DNA from: Camelus ferus
Lineage: Eukaryota
Direction of reading: 5' to 3'
NCBI RefSeq assembly: GCF_009834535.1
Contig: NC_045724.1
Span: 18,972,001 to 19,036,000 of the forward strand
DNA: 64,000 nucleotides
The notes beneath the pieces were generated by a model. It ran no database searches. It was not told the origin of the DNA and saw only the letters and a program-made list of their open reading frames with translations. The position numbers were made by a program, and so were the translations under genes. How positions within the stretch are numbered: the stretch's first letter is position 1; the number at the start of each line of letters is the position of its first letter. Below are positions 35,694 through 49,289 of the stretch, piece by piece.

Positions 35694-36180
35694 TGTTGGG
35701 AAAAAGCCAAGGTGAGTGGGATGCTTTTCACTTCTTGTTCTGTTTACATTTGCTCCCATAGCTGTGGCTTCATTCAGCTCCCTGTTAAAGAACCCGATTG
35801 GGCCCAAGACAGAATCACTCATACTAAGCCCCATGTCAGCAAACCAAAACTTAAGTTTCTATGCTCAGCCCTCCCAGAAAAGGCAGGCCTAGGTCAACTA
35901 TTCAGTGCTTGCCAGCTCAGCGCAAGTTACCTGGCCTGGCTCTAACTTCCCTTTATTCCATGCAAGGAAAGTAACCTTGCAATAACCAGTCAGCAAACTC
36001 CCAGTGTAACTACCTTGTTCCTGCTCCCTTCCTCCTGTAAAATCTCTTGCCTTGTGCAGTTCTTCAGAGCTCCTTTCTATCTGCTAGATTGGATGCTGCC
36101 TGATTCATGAATCACTGAATCAAGCCAGTAAGATCTTTAAAATAAGATCTTTAAAATCAGTTAAACTTTGTTCTTTAACA
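35694..36180 (+). mobile_element. ERV solo LTR (~487 bp, ERV1-like)
   Basis: TGTT...AACA termini. The R/U5-like end (gctcctttctatctgctagattggatgctgcctgattcatgaatc...aagatctttaaa...ttgttctttaaca) is typical of ERV1-class LTRs. Confidence 0.8.
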
Positions 36181-36308
36181 CCTCTGTGGTAAGGAAACAC
36201 AAAAAGGGCCAAATCAAGTGGGAGAAAACCCAAGATGCACGATGAGTTTAGAAGAAGAAGAGAATGGTCTCCATGTCACTTACTACTTAAAGAAATTATT
36301 ATTTTCAC

Positions 36309-36340
<32 letters not shown>

Positions 36341-37519
36341 GTTTTCTTACCTCATGGTTTTGGCATGAATTTGACCATCTCAACAAAGGAATGATTCTGT
36401 ACACTCTTTAGGTTGCATTTCTAGTTCCTCTTTCCTTTTCCAGAATATCTCCTAAAACCAATGATAAAATTCTAGCAAAGTCAAAAACTGTGTGTTATCC
36501 TTGCATGTGTCTTGGTGCATTTTCTGTAGTGCTAATATTTTATTCGTGACTCTTGAGGTCAAGACATGAAACATTGGTTCATCTTTCATCAAAGCATTTC
36601 TGTGGACATGGACTCCTTCTTCTCTGTTCGTGAGCCAAGCCAGCTCTGGGCCCCGTGTCAGTGATGAGACAGGAATCATAAGTGCCTTGTTTAAACTCTC
36701 CTGGTGAACCATCAAGAATAGATACTACAAGCAGTTATTTCCCTATTTGAATTATTAGTGTAAATGTTAGAAACGTGGAAGCCAAAAAACTCATGTGTAT
36801 TAAAGGATAAGTGTTTTTGAAGCTCTCACCAATATGCTGCACCTTAGACGTGAATCGGTGCCCAGCTGGCAGTCCATTAGATTTTGGGAGGCCCTGGCGT
36901 TCCACCTGGGAGCTTGTGATATTGGGGAAACTTTCTGGGAACTTCTGGGTCTGCACTTGTCCTTTTGGCTTTTGTTTCTAAGTTGTCCCACTGATATATT
37001 GCAAGAAAGAAGAGAGAGGGAGGGAGGGAAGGAGAGAGAGAGAAATTCTTTGTTCTTTCCTTTGAGTGTTAGCATTTCCCCACAGAAAAGTTGAAAGTTT
37101 AAAGTTACTTGAGTAAGGACACTGAGTGAGTGTGCAATCAACCATTTAGAGTTAATGGAAACCTTAAAATTTGTCAGTGTGCCTACACTTGGTTCACATT
37201 TTAAACAGTGAGTAGTATATGATGAGCAGAAGGAGAGACAATCATATGGATTGATGAACTGATTATGGAATTAAGAATAATGAATGCATATATATTAGGG
37301 TATTCAAAGTACAGAATACTGTATTTTGGGCCTGATAATGGTGTAGATATTAGCCAAGATCTCAGTTTTTTCCCCTTTCCAGAATTTGGGCCAAAGTATG
37401 ACAAATGTTGCTTACACTTAACAATTCTAACAAACGTTTGGTGTAATCGGGGGCAGAAATCAACAGCAAAGATGAGGCTATAGAATGATTCGCACGTTTC
37501 TTTCTGTCTGCAATTCTAG

Positions 37520-37820
37520 CTGGGAAGACAGCAGAGAGTTAAAAGAGTGAGGACTCTGGAGTCAGACTACTTGGTTCCAATACTGGTGTCACGACGGAGT
37601 TTGATATTCAGGGTAGTTATAGAGATGGAGCCCCATGGGCAGGAGAGGAGGGAGGAAGGCGAAGCTATGTAACCTTGGACTTAACCTTAAGTGGGCACTC
37701 AGTCTCCTTATCTGTAAAGGAGGATAATAACAGTACTTACCTCACAAAGTTTTTGTGAGAATTTAGAACTGTGCATGGCGTATAGAAGGCATATAAGAAA
37801 TGTTAGCTATTTTTCTCTTT
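37520..37820 (+). mobile_element. MIR SINE (interrupted)
   Basis: agagttaaaagagtgaggactctggagtcagac...cagtctccttatctgtaaaggaggataataacagtacttacctcaca. Confidence 0.8.
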
Positions 37821-38699
37821 AGGTCATCTCCTCTCCTCCCTCCGCCCCCCCGTAGTAGCCCATTCAATGGAGAAAAGTTGTAGCATTTTCAAACTTTTGC
37901 AAGATATAGTTCACACCCTGGGGAGAAGGTCATGACAGACCTTAAAAGAAATCCTAATTGGGCTACTTCATGTTCTCCCCTTGTCACTTGGTATTATGTG
38001 ATCTATATTGCCAGCAGAATGTGCTAATGACCCCTGAGTAATAGAATATTAACAACTCCTAATAAGCTGAACATCGCAGTCAGAGAGCTATTTAGAAGTG
38101 ATTTATAAATTACATGATTCTGTTCTTAGGAGTGTGCAACCCCCTCATAAAACAATATTTAAGGATTGGCCTTACTATTATTAAGGAACTTGGTCTTTAA
38201 CCCTCTAATGATTCAGAAATGTTCTTTTCTTCTGTTTTGTAAGAGTCTCAATGGAAGTTTAAGGCCTATGGGAGTTTTTCAGTTTCTATAGCTTTGAATT
38301 TTTCAAGTTTTCTTTGAAAACCACTGAATATACCAAATAAAGCCCTTTAAATCCCATTCATGACTGAATTTGAAAGGGTTGGGCTCTCATCTGAGAAGTG
38401 GCAAATTACCAGTGATGATGGTGCTATTGAATTATCAACCAGGGAGAACTACTGAATAAAATGGGTGAGGGATGAGGAGTCGGGAAAGAAAGAATCTGCT
38501 GGAAATAAAGACCAATTACTTCCTTCTATCTATTTGTTCACTGAAAAAAAGCATTAATCTGGCACTCACTGGGCCCTAGGCAGGAAGCTGGGTGCTAGGA
38601 TGAATAGAACACGAATCCATCTTTTGAGGAGTTTATGGTCTACTAGGGGTGTGTTTGTGGTGCGGGTGTGGCAGGGAGATAGACACAATATTATAGATA

Positions 38700-39030
38700 C
38701 CGAAAAGATACAAGGTGACGGAGGAGGGAGGCTGGCATTTAGGGACTCGCCTTGGGAATGGCAAAGAAGGAAGTGATGTCAGAGATACCCTAGATGAAGA
38801 ACAAGAAGTACTTGACCATCAGTCTGCTGAGGGAATAAGGCAGAGGACTAGTCAACTAGAGTTAAGAGTTTCCAGCCCAGTGGTGTGGAGAATGGGACTA
38901 TCCTTAGAAAAAAATAGGATATTTGGGGAAGAGGATAGATTTGTTTTCAGAAATGTTTGTTTTAAGTACATTGAAACATCCAGGGGGAAATACCTATCAG
39001 GCAGGTTTATAGGCCTATAAGGGAATTCAT
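38700..39030 (-). mobile_element. L2 fragment
   Basis: gtggtgtggagaatgggact...tttggggaagaggatag...tttaagtacattgaaacatccagggggaaat. Confidence 0.65.
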
Positions 39031-39944
39031 GGGTCAGAAAAAATAAAACTAAGGTTACATTGATAAAGATGGAAAAAAATATATATTCAATTAAACAGTT
39101 TAAAAGTCTAATGTACACTGTGTACCCCAAGTGAAATTTTATAACTGTATTTGTTATGTTAAATTTTATTCAATTGGAATGGCTGAAATGAACCACATAA
39201 TTATATGCTTAAAGCTTCATTTGTTAGTGTGTCTGTACCTGATTTGCTTAATTTTTTTCTTTCTGTGAGTGACTAAGCTCAAAATTATGAGATCTTTAAA
39301 AAACACATCTTTTAAAATATCTTTTTAAAATACCTTTAAAAGTATATAAAGTATCTCTTGCTTGTCAAAATTCAACTAATGGAGAACCACATACAGTGAA
39401 GAGTTAAAGAAAGGCTCCTCTCCCCAGGCCCCAGCCCACCTGCTCCCCAGAGCTCCTGACTGCTAGCGTTTAGTGTGAATTGTTCTGTCTTTTAAATGCA
39501 GATAAAAGTATGTATCTGTATATTTTCTATAAATGAGTTCATACTGAATATACCGCCTTGCATCCTACTTCTGTGCACAGAACAATATCTTGTGGACCTC
39601 ACTGCATACTATATACCTTTATATGGGTGAATTATGAATTATTATAATTCATTTAATCATTCCTCCATATGTGTTTACTTTGCTGTTTTTTCGAATTAGA
39701 GTGTGCTAGCAAACATCCTTCCATGGGTCTATACACTTGTTCTGATAAGTGTGCTGGAAGTGGACTCACTGAGTCAAAGGGAATCTGTATTTTAAATTTT
39801 GATGCATTTGACAAATTTTACCCAAAAAGATTGTACCAGCTTATACCCCCTTAAAGGTTTCTTCTTTCCCAGTAATTACAGCTGATTTTTATTGAGTTCT
39901 TCCTGTGTGCAAAGGAATTTGTGTACATTATCTCATTTAATCCT

Positions 39945-40100
39945 TAAAAGAGTCCTTCAAGGCAGGTGTTATTATCTCCACTTTGGGGGATGGAGAACTG
40001 AGACTCAGATTAAATATGATACCTAGAGTCACATTGGTAGTAAGCAGTAGAGCCAGTATTGAGACCAGGTTGATACTGGAACTCGTGCCCCTAAGCACTG
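39945..40100 (-). mobile_element. MIR SINE
   Basis: ttattatctccactttgggggatggagaactgagactcagattaaatatgatacctagagtcaca. Confidence 0.75.
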
Positions 40101-41019
40101 TCCTGTCCTGCCTCTCCAAGGAACGATGGACCACAAATTTGTTGACCGAAGGGGTCTCAAGCATTATGCTTGATCCTCAAATTTGCTTCTGATCTTCTTG
40201 GATGCTAGAAAGACAGGGAAATAATTATATAGAACTAATCTTAAAAGGCTTCTTTTGAATCAGATTTTTATCTCCCTGTAACTCTCCAGCCGTCTTGTCT
40301 TGTATCCTGCTTGAGAGAAACTATGTAAAAGACCCTTGTGGGAAGCATGTCCCTAAAGACCCAAGTTCCTGAGGGGCAAGTGCTCAGGCCACGTTGGCCG
40401 CACTGTCTTTACTGTCTGTCTTCAGCATCTGCTGACAGTGGCACAGTTTGTGTTCATTTTTCTGATGTGACAGGTTGTCTGGGCACGAGGGACAGAGAAG
40501 AGGAACATGGCTGAGACCCTACGGCTCTCCTCGTGAATATTTAAAAGCCATTTAAATAGATTTCTTTTTATCCCCTAATTTCCTATTGATGACAGCACTG
40601 AAACTACTTGTCTCATTTTTCAAATCAAAGCTTCCTAAGGCAAAATGGCCTGGAGAATGAACAGCTCTTGAAGTTCTATTAATCATAAGGGGGTGGGGTG
40701 GGGAGCCCAATAAATTGTTCAGGGAGTGGAAAAGTACTTAAGACTCGAGACCACCTCTCCTTCCAGCCAGCCTCTCACAGCGTGCTGCTGCTCTGAGGCT
40801 GGGTTCTTGTGAAGAGTCTTTTTGTTTCTTTCCTCAGAAATGATTTCATAAGTACTTTCTTTCACCATACACCCACTGCTTTCTCTCAGAGACCTTGCTG
40901 GGGTCAAGCAGCTGTGCCCTGGGCCGTCTGATGCACCTGCCCTTGGAAGCTGTGACCCTGAGAAGCCATCTTGAAGTCCGGAGCCATAGTCCAACTGGGG
41001 CCACCATCTCCCTTAGCTT

Positions 41020-41570
41020 TAGGGACTGGAGTGATGTGGGTTGGAATCCTGCCTCAGCCATTGTTACCCATATGACATTGGGCTGGAGAATTGACTTCTC
41101 TCGGTTTTGCCCATCTGTAATGCTTTGGGATTTATCAAAGGGATAGTAATGTCTGTCTCTCAGGATTGTTTTCAGGATGAGTGATAATTTCTCTCTTTCT
41201 GTTTGTGCTTGGCAAATCCTGCATGGCTCTGTCCTTCATCTATTGCAGCAGCTACAGAATTTCCATAGAGCTGTGGCTGGGGGTGATCATATCGCTGTGT
41301 TGTGCAGGTTGGGCAGGTAATGGTGCTCTGAGGCTGCTTTCCAGGGAGAAAACACCAGCTACTCACTTCAAAGCCTGGGGTGGGTGGGGTGCTGACAGAG
41401 ATTATATGGGTGAGGGCTCTGCACCCCCTACAGCCCCGGTGGTGCATCCACTGTTCACCTACTTAAGCTCCATAAAACCCGGGCAAGTTACTTAACCTGT
41501 CTCTCAAATTATTTTACTTGTAAAAAGAAGGTAATAGCAGTCTCTACTGCATTTAGTTGCGGTGAGAATG
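41020..41570 (+). mobile_element. Two MIR fragments (~41020-41180 and ~41450-41570)
   Basis: ggaatcctgcctcagccatt...gcccatctgtaatg; gggcaagttacttaacctgtctc...ttgtaaaaagaaggtaatagcag. Confidence 0.7.
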
Positions 41571-42159
41571 ATCGAGAATCTCATATCACCATTTTCCCAT
41601 TTAGGTACCTTTCACGATCTCACTTGCTTTAGTTTCCTTGTTTAGCTTCCTAAGTTTCCACCTTCCCCAACATAAGCTTCGTGAAGCCAGAGATTTTGTC
41701 TGTTTTGTTCACTGCTCCCTTGCTTAATACAGCACCTAGCACATAGCAGATACTAAACAAATATTTTGTTGAATGAATGAATATGGAAAGCATAGAACAG
41801 TGCCCAGAACATAGTATGCACCCTGTAAATGTGAGTCCCTTTAAAAAAATCATTAGCTACTGTCTATAAATCAGGGATAATAAAACATCCACCTCATAGA
41901 CTAGGATAAGAGGTCATATAAATGGTGTACCTGGCCCAGCACACAGTGGGCCCTCAAAAGATGGCAACTGGACTCTGAATGAGTGATTGTCAGTCATTTT
42001 CAGTGAAAGAATTTTGTGAAGAAAGCACTTACAATAGTTCTGTTCTCTCCAACTCTGAGTTTGAGCTCATTGATTTTTAAAAACTTGACTTCATCTTTGG
42101 GCGAGAAGTACAGGGAGAAGCTTGAACAGGCAGTGGGTGTAGGAAATGATAGCTATTTT

Positions 42160-42162
42160 TTT

Positions 42163-42217
<55 letters not shown>

Positions 42218-42349
42218 TTTTTCTGATGCTATTTTATTTTCAATAGGAAAGCTAACATACAATCATTGGTAAAAACCTGCACATTTTAATAAAAAATTTA
42301 AGTTGCTTATCTCTTGATAAACTATTCCTTTCTTTCTTTTTTTTTTTTT
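42160..42349 (-). mobile_element. L1-machinery insertion of apparently non-repeat sequence with an (AAAT)n tail and perfect 16-bp TSD (probable orphan 3' transduction)
   Basis: AAATGATAGCTATTTT at 42144-42159 and 42350-42365; a TT|AAAA endonuclease site; AATAAA upstream of the tail on the minus strand. Confidence 0.8.
42162..42220. repeat. (ATTT)~14 microsatellite, forming the tail of the insertion above
   Basis: Direct read of the tetranucleotide run. Confidence 0.95.
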
Positions 42350-42589
42350 AAATGATAGCTATTTTAAAATGAATTCAGTTCCCAAATCCAAAAAGTATTT
42401 ATTTTCTTAATTATGTTTTTAACACTGTTTTGGGCATGGAGGTAACAAAAAAGAAAGGTGAGAATGGCTTCCTTCTCATGGCCAACCAGGAACCAGCAGC
42501 TTTTCGGAACTGAAGTGCCAGTTCTCATGGGCAGCTGTTGCAGATGCCCTTTCTAGAAGACTTAAAGTGACCTAGCAGTTTTTGAGGAG

Positions 42590-42900
42590 AAATTTATGCT
42601 CCAGAAATGATCAGTGATACGTGCAAAGATACATACCCCCCCCTCCACTCATGAATAGTCATCACAGCATTAAAAAATGTAAACCCATCTAAATGTCCTG
42701 CAAGAAAGGGTTGTTTAAATAATATGTTCAAATTATGGAATTCTATTTGGCTATTAAAGTTACTATATAGAAGCATTTTTATTGACATGAAAAGATATTC
42801 ACAATATATTGAAAAAAGTTTACATATGATCTAAATTTTGAAAGAGGATATTTAGAAATAATTGATACAAAAAGATATAAAATAATTTCTAAAAAGTATT
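42590..42900 (+). mobile_element. Old L1ME-like 3' fragment
   Basis: catcacagcatt...aaacccatctaaatgtcc...aaattatggaattct...attgacatgaaaagatattcacaatatattg. Confidence 0.65.
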
Positions 42901-45039
42901 TTAATTATTTTGGCTTGCCCCATGATTTTGATTCAAGTCTAGGGTTCTTTGCACTGTACTGAACTGTTGGGAGATGCCGTGTGCTCTGGCACTCCGTCCA
43001 CTATGCCTTTGCTCAGGCTTGCAGCTGAGCCTAAATGTCCTTCTTTCCCTTTCCAAGGTTCAAGCCCTACTTATACTCACATGCCACCTTCTTTATGAAA
43101 CTTTCTCATACTTTTTTAGCTGTGACTCAGTAGCTTTGTGGAGGTTCTCTTTCTCTATGGGCTGCATCACACTCTCTCCTGGCATTATAAAAGTTATTTA
43201 CTTACATCATGTTTTATTTCTGCTGGCAGACAGTAAACTCCTTCAGAATAAGTCCTAGATCTGAATCATTTTTATTTTCTCACAGTACTTAGCACAATGC
43301 TTTGTAGACATTTAACAAATTCATATTGAATGAATAAGCGAATGATTAAGTGAGTGAATGAGTCTTCAGGTCCTCTGATCTGAACCAGTTGAACAACTGC
43401 CAGGAGCCCCTTGCCTCTCTAATTTATGGCAGGACAGATGTCACCTGGATGTTGTGGAGAGGGACAGCCAGATGAAAAAAAGAGCGCAAGTTTTGTTTTA
43501 CTCTTTTGCAGAAAGAAGTTAAGAAGAGATAGAAGTAGTGAATGGATAGGCTTGGAACTGAGATGCCATCTGTACCATTGTCTGAAGGTCTTAGGGAGAA
43601 ACCTCCAATCCCTTATGTGAATTGAAATAATTAGCACTCTGGGCTATGTACGTATGTTATTTGGCACATAGAGAACAAAAATGTATTGTCAAGTGTGTTA
43701 TGGGGAGGTCCAAGAATAAATTGAGATTGTGGCTTCTCCCAGTCATTTTCATTTTTGGACACACACCATAATGGTCTGATGTCTGAATTATCTATTTTGC
43801 AGTCATGTAATTCTGCCTGCTGCTAGATTTCCCAGTGTGCTTGGAACAACAGCAATTAATTGAACAGAGCAGTGAGAGAGAACTAGAGATTAAGGAGGAG
43901 GAAACAAATGGAACTGCTGCCACATCCCTGGATGAAAGCATCCCTGTGCCAAAGAGGTATCAATCTCTTCTCTCAGCTATTAAGGGGTGGAGGCCGGGAG
44001 CGCAACTCAGCCTTAACCCCTACTGTGAGCCTCAGAGAGGAATTAAAGACTATTCAACTTTAAGGCTTGGAACCAAGTAATGTGGGTTTAAAGTAAGAGA
44101 ATAGTGGTGACAATACTTTTGAGGAATCCATATGTATGTTGTTCTGGCATTCTCTTTCACTGACAATTCTCTGAAGAACTAATAATTAGTTCCCTTATTG
44201 CAATGAATGCAGAAAGTAGAAATCAGGAAATTCAGACTAAAGTACACTGACACTATTTTGACCAGGCAAATTAAAATCAACAGGACTTTAGAGTTTAAAA
44301 AGCTAACCATTTGAAAGCACTTGTTGTTTTTTGCAGCGAAGCACTCTTGAAATGGCATTGTAGATGGATTGTTGTAAATTGGATAATGTTTTTCAGTAGG
44401 AACGATATTGTACCTGAGGGTTTTAGAACAATATCCTAAAAATAATGGTAATACTAAATTTGAATTCTCTGCAATAATTGAATATGGAAAAATTGTGGTC
44501 TAGGTTACAGCGCTTTGAGTAAACAAGTGGGGTTACATATTTTAACATACTTTATAAGATATAAAATATTACATAAGTTCTAGCCTTTGTTATTAAACAT
44601 GGAAGTAAGGGTGTATTAATTCAAGAAGGTTGTCCTACACAAAACAGAGCTCTATTATGTTAAACATTTGACCTACACTTAATATGCTACTTAGAATAAA
44701 TAATATTCAACATCTAATTAGTGATCATTTTTCTTGGTTTTCTAGAAATTCTAAGCTTACTTTTCTTTTCTTTGAAAGAAGGGATAATTTGAATGATTCA
44801 GGTCATTTCCAAAAATTAGAATTGCTGTTTCCTTTCTTTCTTAGTATATTTCTGATGAGAAAGTTGATAAGTTAGTTTGGATTTGGGCTGTCATTCAAGT
44901 AGCACACGCTCAGTTTGTATGGCTGCTTCTAATATTGCTTCTCCCTGTCTTCTGAAGTGGAAGGCTGACTCATTTCCTACGACCCGTGGTCTTTTCAAAT
45001 GTACAGGTGTTATCCAGGCTAGTGCATTGGGCAGAACAT

Positions 45040-46230
45040 TCACTCATTCACTCAGCAAGTATTTTAATGAACATCTGCCATATACCAGACACTGTAGGTG
45101 ATGAGGTAAAAGTGTAGGTAAGATGGACGAGATGCCTGCCTCGCAGCACTTACGTGTCAAGAGGGAGAAAACAGGGTAATAAGATAGAAGTGACTGGGAT
45201 AGAGAAAGATGTGTGTGTTAGGAGCCACACAGATTGGGTGACCACTCAGTGATCTTCTGAGGAAGTGATATTTGCTCTGTGATTTGAATGACAAAGCAAA
45301 GTTAGTCGTATGACAATACCGGGAGCAGGGGCTCTGGGAAGGAAACCATTGCAGGTGCTAGGGCACTAGGACAGGGATGAGCTTTGCCAGATGAACTAGA
45401 GGACTCCCTGTTGGATTTGAATTTCATACAAAAAATTACTCACTTTTATTTGAAATTCAAATCTAACAGGGCACCCTATATTTTTATTTGCTAAATCTGA
45501 CAGCCCTAACCTGGGGTGTTCAAGTAGCAGAAAGAAGGCCAGTGTTGCTGAAAAACAGTATGGGAGGGAAGGGCCGTTGGTGATAAGTTTGGCGATGGTA
45601 AGAGCTGGATTGTTTAGAGTCTTATCAGCTAAAATAGAGAGTTTGGATTTATGTTTTAAGTGGAATGAGGAGACACTGGAGAAGTTTAAGCAGGGGAGTG
45701 ACATAATCTGATCTACATTTTAATAGCATCACTTTTGCTCCTTCGTGAAGAATGAATTGTGGGGAGCCAGAATGGAAGGAGTCAAACAGGTAGGTAGTTA
45801 TTGCAGGAGTCTGGCAAAGGTGTGACAGGGGCCTGAACTGAGATGGTGGCAGTGGAGGCAGAGATAAGGGAGGCATGGATTTGGGAGAGAAATAAAGCTA
45901 TCGGGAATTGTGGGAATGGATATGAGAGGCAAGAGAGAGAGAATAACGGAGTATAGTTCTTAGTGTTTTGGTTTGAGCAACTTGGTGGAAGGGGTTGACA
46001 TATAAAGATTTGGGGAAGACTGGGAGGAAACAAGTTTGTGGGAGGGAAAAGTCAATATTCTGTTTTAAACCTGGTTAATTTGAGACACTTATTACACACC
46101 TATTAAAGGTATCAAAAGGCAGTTGCATAAATGAACGTGCTCTTCAGGGGATTTGTTAGGGTCAAGATATAAATTTGGGAGTTTTCAGAATATATATGGT
46201 GTTAAAATCCATGGGCCTGGATAAAATGAT
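45040..46230 (-). mobile_element. L2 LINE (long antisense fragment, with an AT-rich insert at ~45400-45500)
   Basis: cattcactcattcactcagcaagtatt (L2 tail); gagaagtttaagcaggggagtgacataatctgatctacattt; ttttggtttgagcaacttggtgg. Confidence 0.88.
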
Positions 46231-46339
46231 CAACTTGTTATTTTTGGTACTTATGTTCTGTAGAGCTGCTGAGAAACTGAATTAGCCAATACTGAACCAT
46301 TGCTTCTAGGGGAAATATAGTTAGGTACCTTTAAGTCTC

Positions 46340-46880
46340 TGGTCACAATATTTTCATTAAGCAATCAGTACACAATCTTGCTTTGTGTGTGTTTCTATTT
46401 AAAGACACCTTACTTAATATACATTGTTGATTCATTTACCCCAAACTCATGGCCACAGTTCTATAAGTCATGCCTGAATGAAGCTTATCCAACACACACA
46501 TTTTCCCCCAAAGGCACATTGTAGCCTTCATGTACTTAGGAACACTTTGTAGCACCACTTAACTTGGGGGTCATTTTAAACAATGGATTGACCAACAAAA
46601 AAGCATAAAAACGCAAAAAGTGTGGTATTAAATAGACTGGAAAAAGGATATTTATTTACAGTATGAGAGCTAGGACAAGAAGGAAGAGTGTCACCTTGAT
46701 CTGCTACCTCGTTCTGCTTCAGCTGGGAATGTGTGCGTCAGTGACTCAAATCTTTCCTTATTCTGCACATGCCCACGAATGACCATGAAGTGCTGTGACT
46801 GTTTATTTTGGGGTTACAAGTAGTTTTAGTGAGAAGGCTCATTTGCCAGTACAGAATCCATGAATAATGGGGATTGACTG
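46340..46880 (+). mobile_element. Tigger3/Golem-derived (MER7-type) DNA transposon
   Basis: Ends acagaatccatgaataatggggattgactg|TA, like the Tigger3 TIR; interior tcatgcctgaatgaagcttatccaacacac. Confidence 0.8.
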
Positions 46881-47209
46881 TATACAGAGAGGAGCAAAGA
46901 GCTCAGGCTTCCATTTGTTGTACCATTGGCGCTATACTGTTAACCCTCTCACTTCTTACTACCTGCCATATTTGCTCTTCTGTGATATACTTAATAAAAT
47001 AAATAGGATGGCTTTAGCACATAAAACAATACCATACAGTATTTCAGTAATACATTCCTTCAGGGTTTATTTATAGAGCACCTCATCTATATTAAACTTA
47101 GAATATACTGAGTTTAGAAATTTTTTTTTACTAAAGATTACTGCTAAATATAGTTCTTTGTATGTACTCAGTGAGTAAGGAGCAGGAAAGATTCAGTAAG
47201 AGACCTGAT

Positions 47210-47495
47210 TAATTAATTTTTAACTGAAGTATAGTTTATAATATTATATTAGTTCCAGGTGAACAACAGAGTGATTCAGTATTTCTATAGATTATTGTCC
47301 ATTTAAATTTATTATAAAATATTGGCTATATTCCCTATGCTGTACAATATATCCTTGTAGCTTTTTATTTTATATATAGTAGTTTCTATCTCTTAATCTC
47401 ATACCCCTATCGTGTCCCTTCCCCTCTTCTCTCTCCCACTGGTAACCACTAGTTTGTTTTCTGTATCTGTAAGTCTTCTCTGTTCTGTTATATTA
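47210..47495 (-). mobile_element. 5'-truncated L1 3' end
   Basis: ttttaactgaagtatagttt...ttggctatattccctatgctgtacaatatatccttg...ggtaaccactagtttg; same family as 11540-11900. Confidence 0.9.
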
Positions 47496-49289
47496 AGAGA
47501 ATCTTCAACTCTGGGAGTTTTGGAATGAGTTACATTCTCTATGCAGACCTTTTATTTTAATAACTTGTCACTACTTTTATAAAAATGCGGGAAATCCATG
47601 CTATTCATTTTTTAATACTAGCAAGTAAAATTTTAAAAAAAATTTTAAATGAGATACGAGTTAGGAGATTTCTTTGTGCTAGAAGATAATGTTTTATTCT
47701 TTTGCCCAAGACTAACATGAACAATTTCCACTAAAGTATTTGTTAGATTTGCCAGTGACCAAAAACAGGGTTGGGAATGACTTTGATGAAAAGCATTATA
47801 CTATTTGTCTTACTGCATTGGCAAATCTGAGTGAAATGTATGAGGATGAACTTTAAAAAGATAAATGCAGAATTTAAGAAAGAGGGAATAGAAAGGAACA
47901 AATATCAGAATGCAAAAATAAAGACAAAACAGCCTAAATTAAAAGGCGATCTGGAATTCACAGCCTTATTACAGTACTTTGCCTTAAGCTTACTGAATTT
48001 TTCTTGCAATTACCTGAATGAAGGATAATCTTAAAATAAAATGAACAGGACATTGTAACTTTCCCAAGGCAATGTTGTAGCTATATCACGATACCAGTAG
48101 GAGGTTATAACAAGGCTGCTGGGTGAATTTCAATTCAAAATTTATTTAAAACTGTAATCTTAATTCTTCATAAACAACAACCAGAATAACATAAACCTAT
48201 TTTTAGGTTTCATTTTTGGTTCTAGATATTTAAGAAAAATTTACGAGTCACATACACACAAAAAAAGAAAAATCACTGAAGACTTGTTTGTTTAAAAAAA
48301 AATTAATTGTGGTCAAAATTCACCCTATAAGATTCAGAAAATATTTTCTAGAGATAAATGAAATATAAAAGTTTAATTTCAGTCATTCTCAAGGAACATT
48401 GCTTTAATCAGTGGGGTTTGTGATTTTTGTGTCTACTTTGAGTCATCATTGTATTTTTTCTCCCCCAAAGTGAACTTTCACAGCTTTTTCTTGTCCATAG
48501 CTCTTTTCTATTCCCTTGGTAACCAGTAGCCCATGCAAATGCAACATCTTGAAGCAGGTTACTTTCATTTTTTTACATTTAGATTCCTATTCAATTAGTA
48601 AAATTAGATTTTGGACCATATAGAAGGATATTCTCAGTGAAGTCAATAAATAGATTTAGACATTTCTCTTTTGTCATAGAAGTAGTATATTTTGTTTCCT
48701 CAATTTTCCCAAAGAGATGGGTTTTGGAAAGTTTAAAACTTAAAATCCTGAGACAACTCAGAAATAAGTATGGGATTTAGATTATTGGGCCCATCTTTTG
48801 GGAAGGACTTTGCCTCCTTCCCATCTTCACACTGGCTTCTCTCCTCTCCTTATCAGCCACACACAGCAGAAACTTGGCTGCATCCAGATGGCTTCTCTTA
48901 TTTTAACCAGGACTGTGCAAGTAATAAGAATGGTGAACAATTACTTTCAAAGGAGGGAGGTTCTATTAACCAGAATACTCTTTGTTCAGCAGAACCTAAG
49001 ATGGATTGGGGTAAGCAGATTTGGTGTTAGAAGCTGTAGTTCTGCTGAATTGTATTTTGTAATTGTGGAGGAAGGCCCTAGGACCAGAGGAGGGAAGATG
49101 CCCCAGAGTTAGTTGGCTTTAAAGAGGGACTTTGGGAGACCCAAAATATCAAGTGGAGTATTTTTAAGTTGAATCCCATAAGGTGTGTAATGTAATGTCT
49201 TTTGTGAGTTTCTCCTACAAAGTCTTAAGTAAAATCTACATTGAAGAGAATGTAAGAGCCAAAAAGGACCAGCAATTTTTATTTCATCA

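Noticed and set aside
36308-36337. Long T-runs (also ~13800, ~18962, ~30867) as poly(A)-only insertions
   Set aside because: No flanking direct repeats found, unlike 19516-19559.
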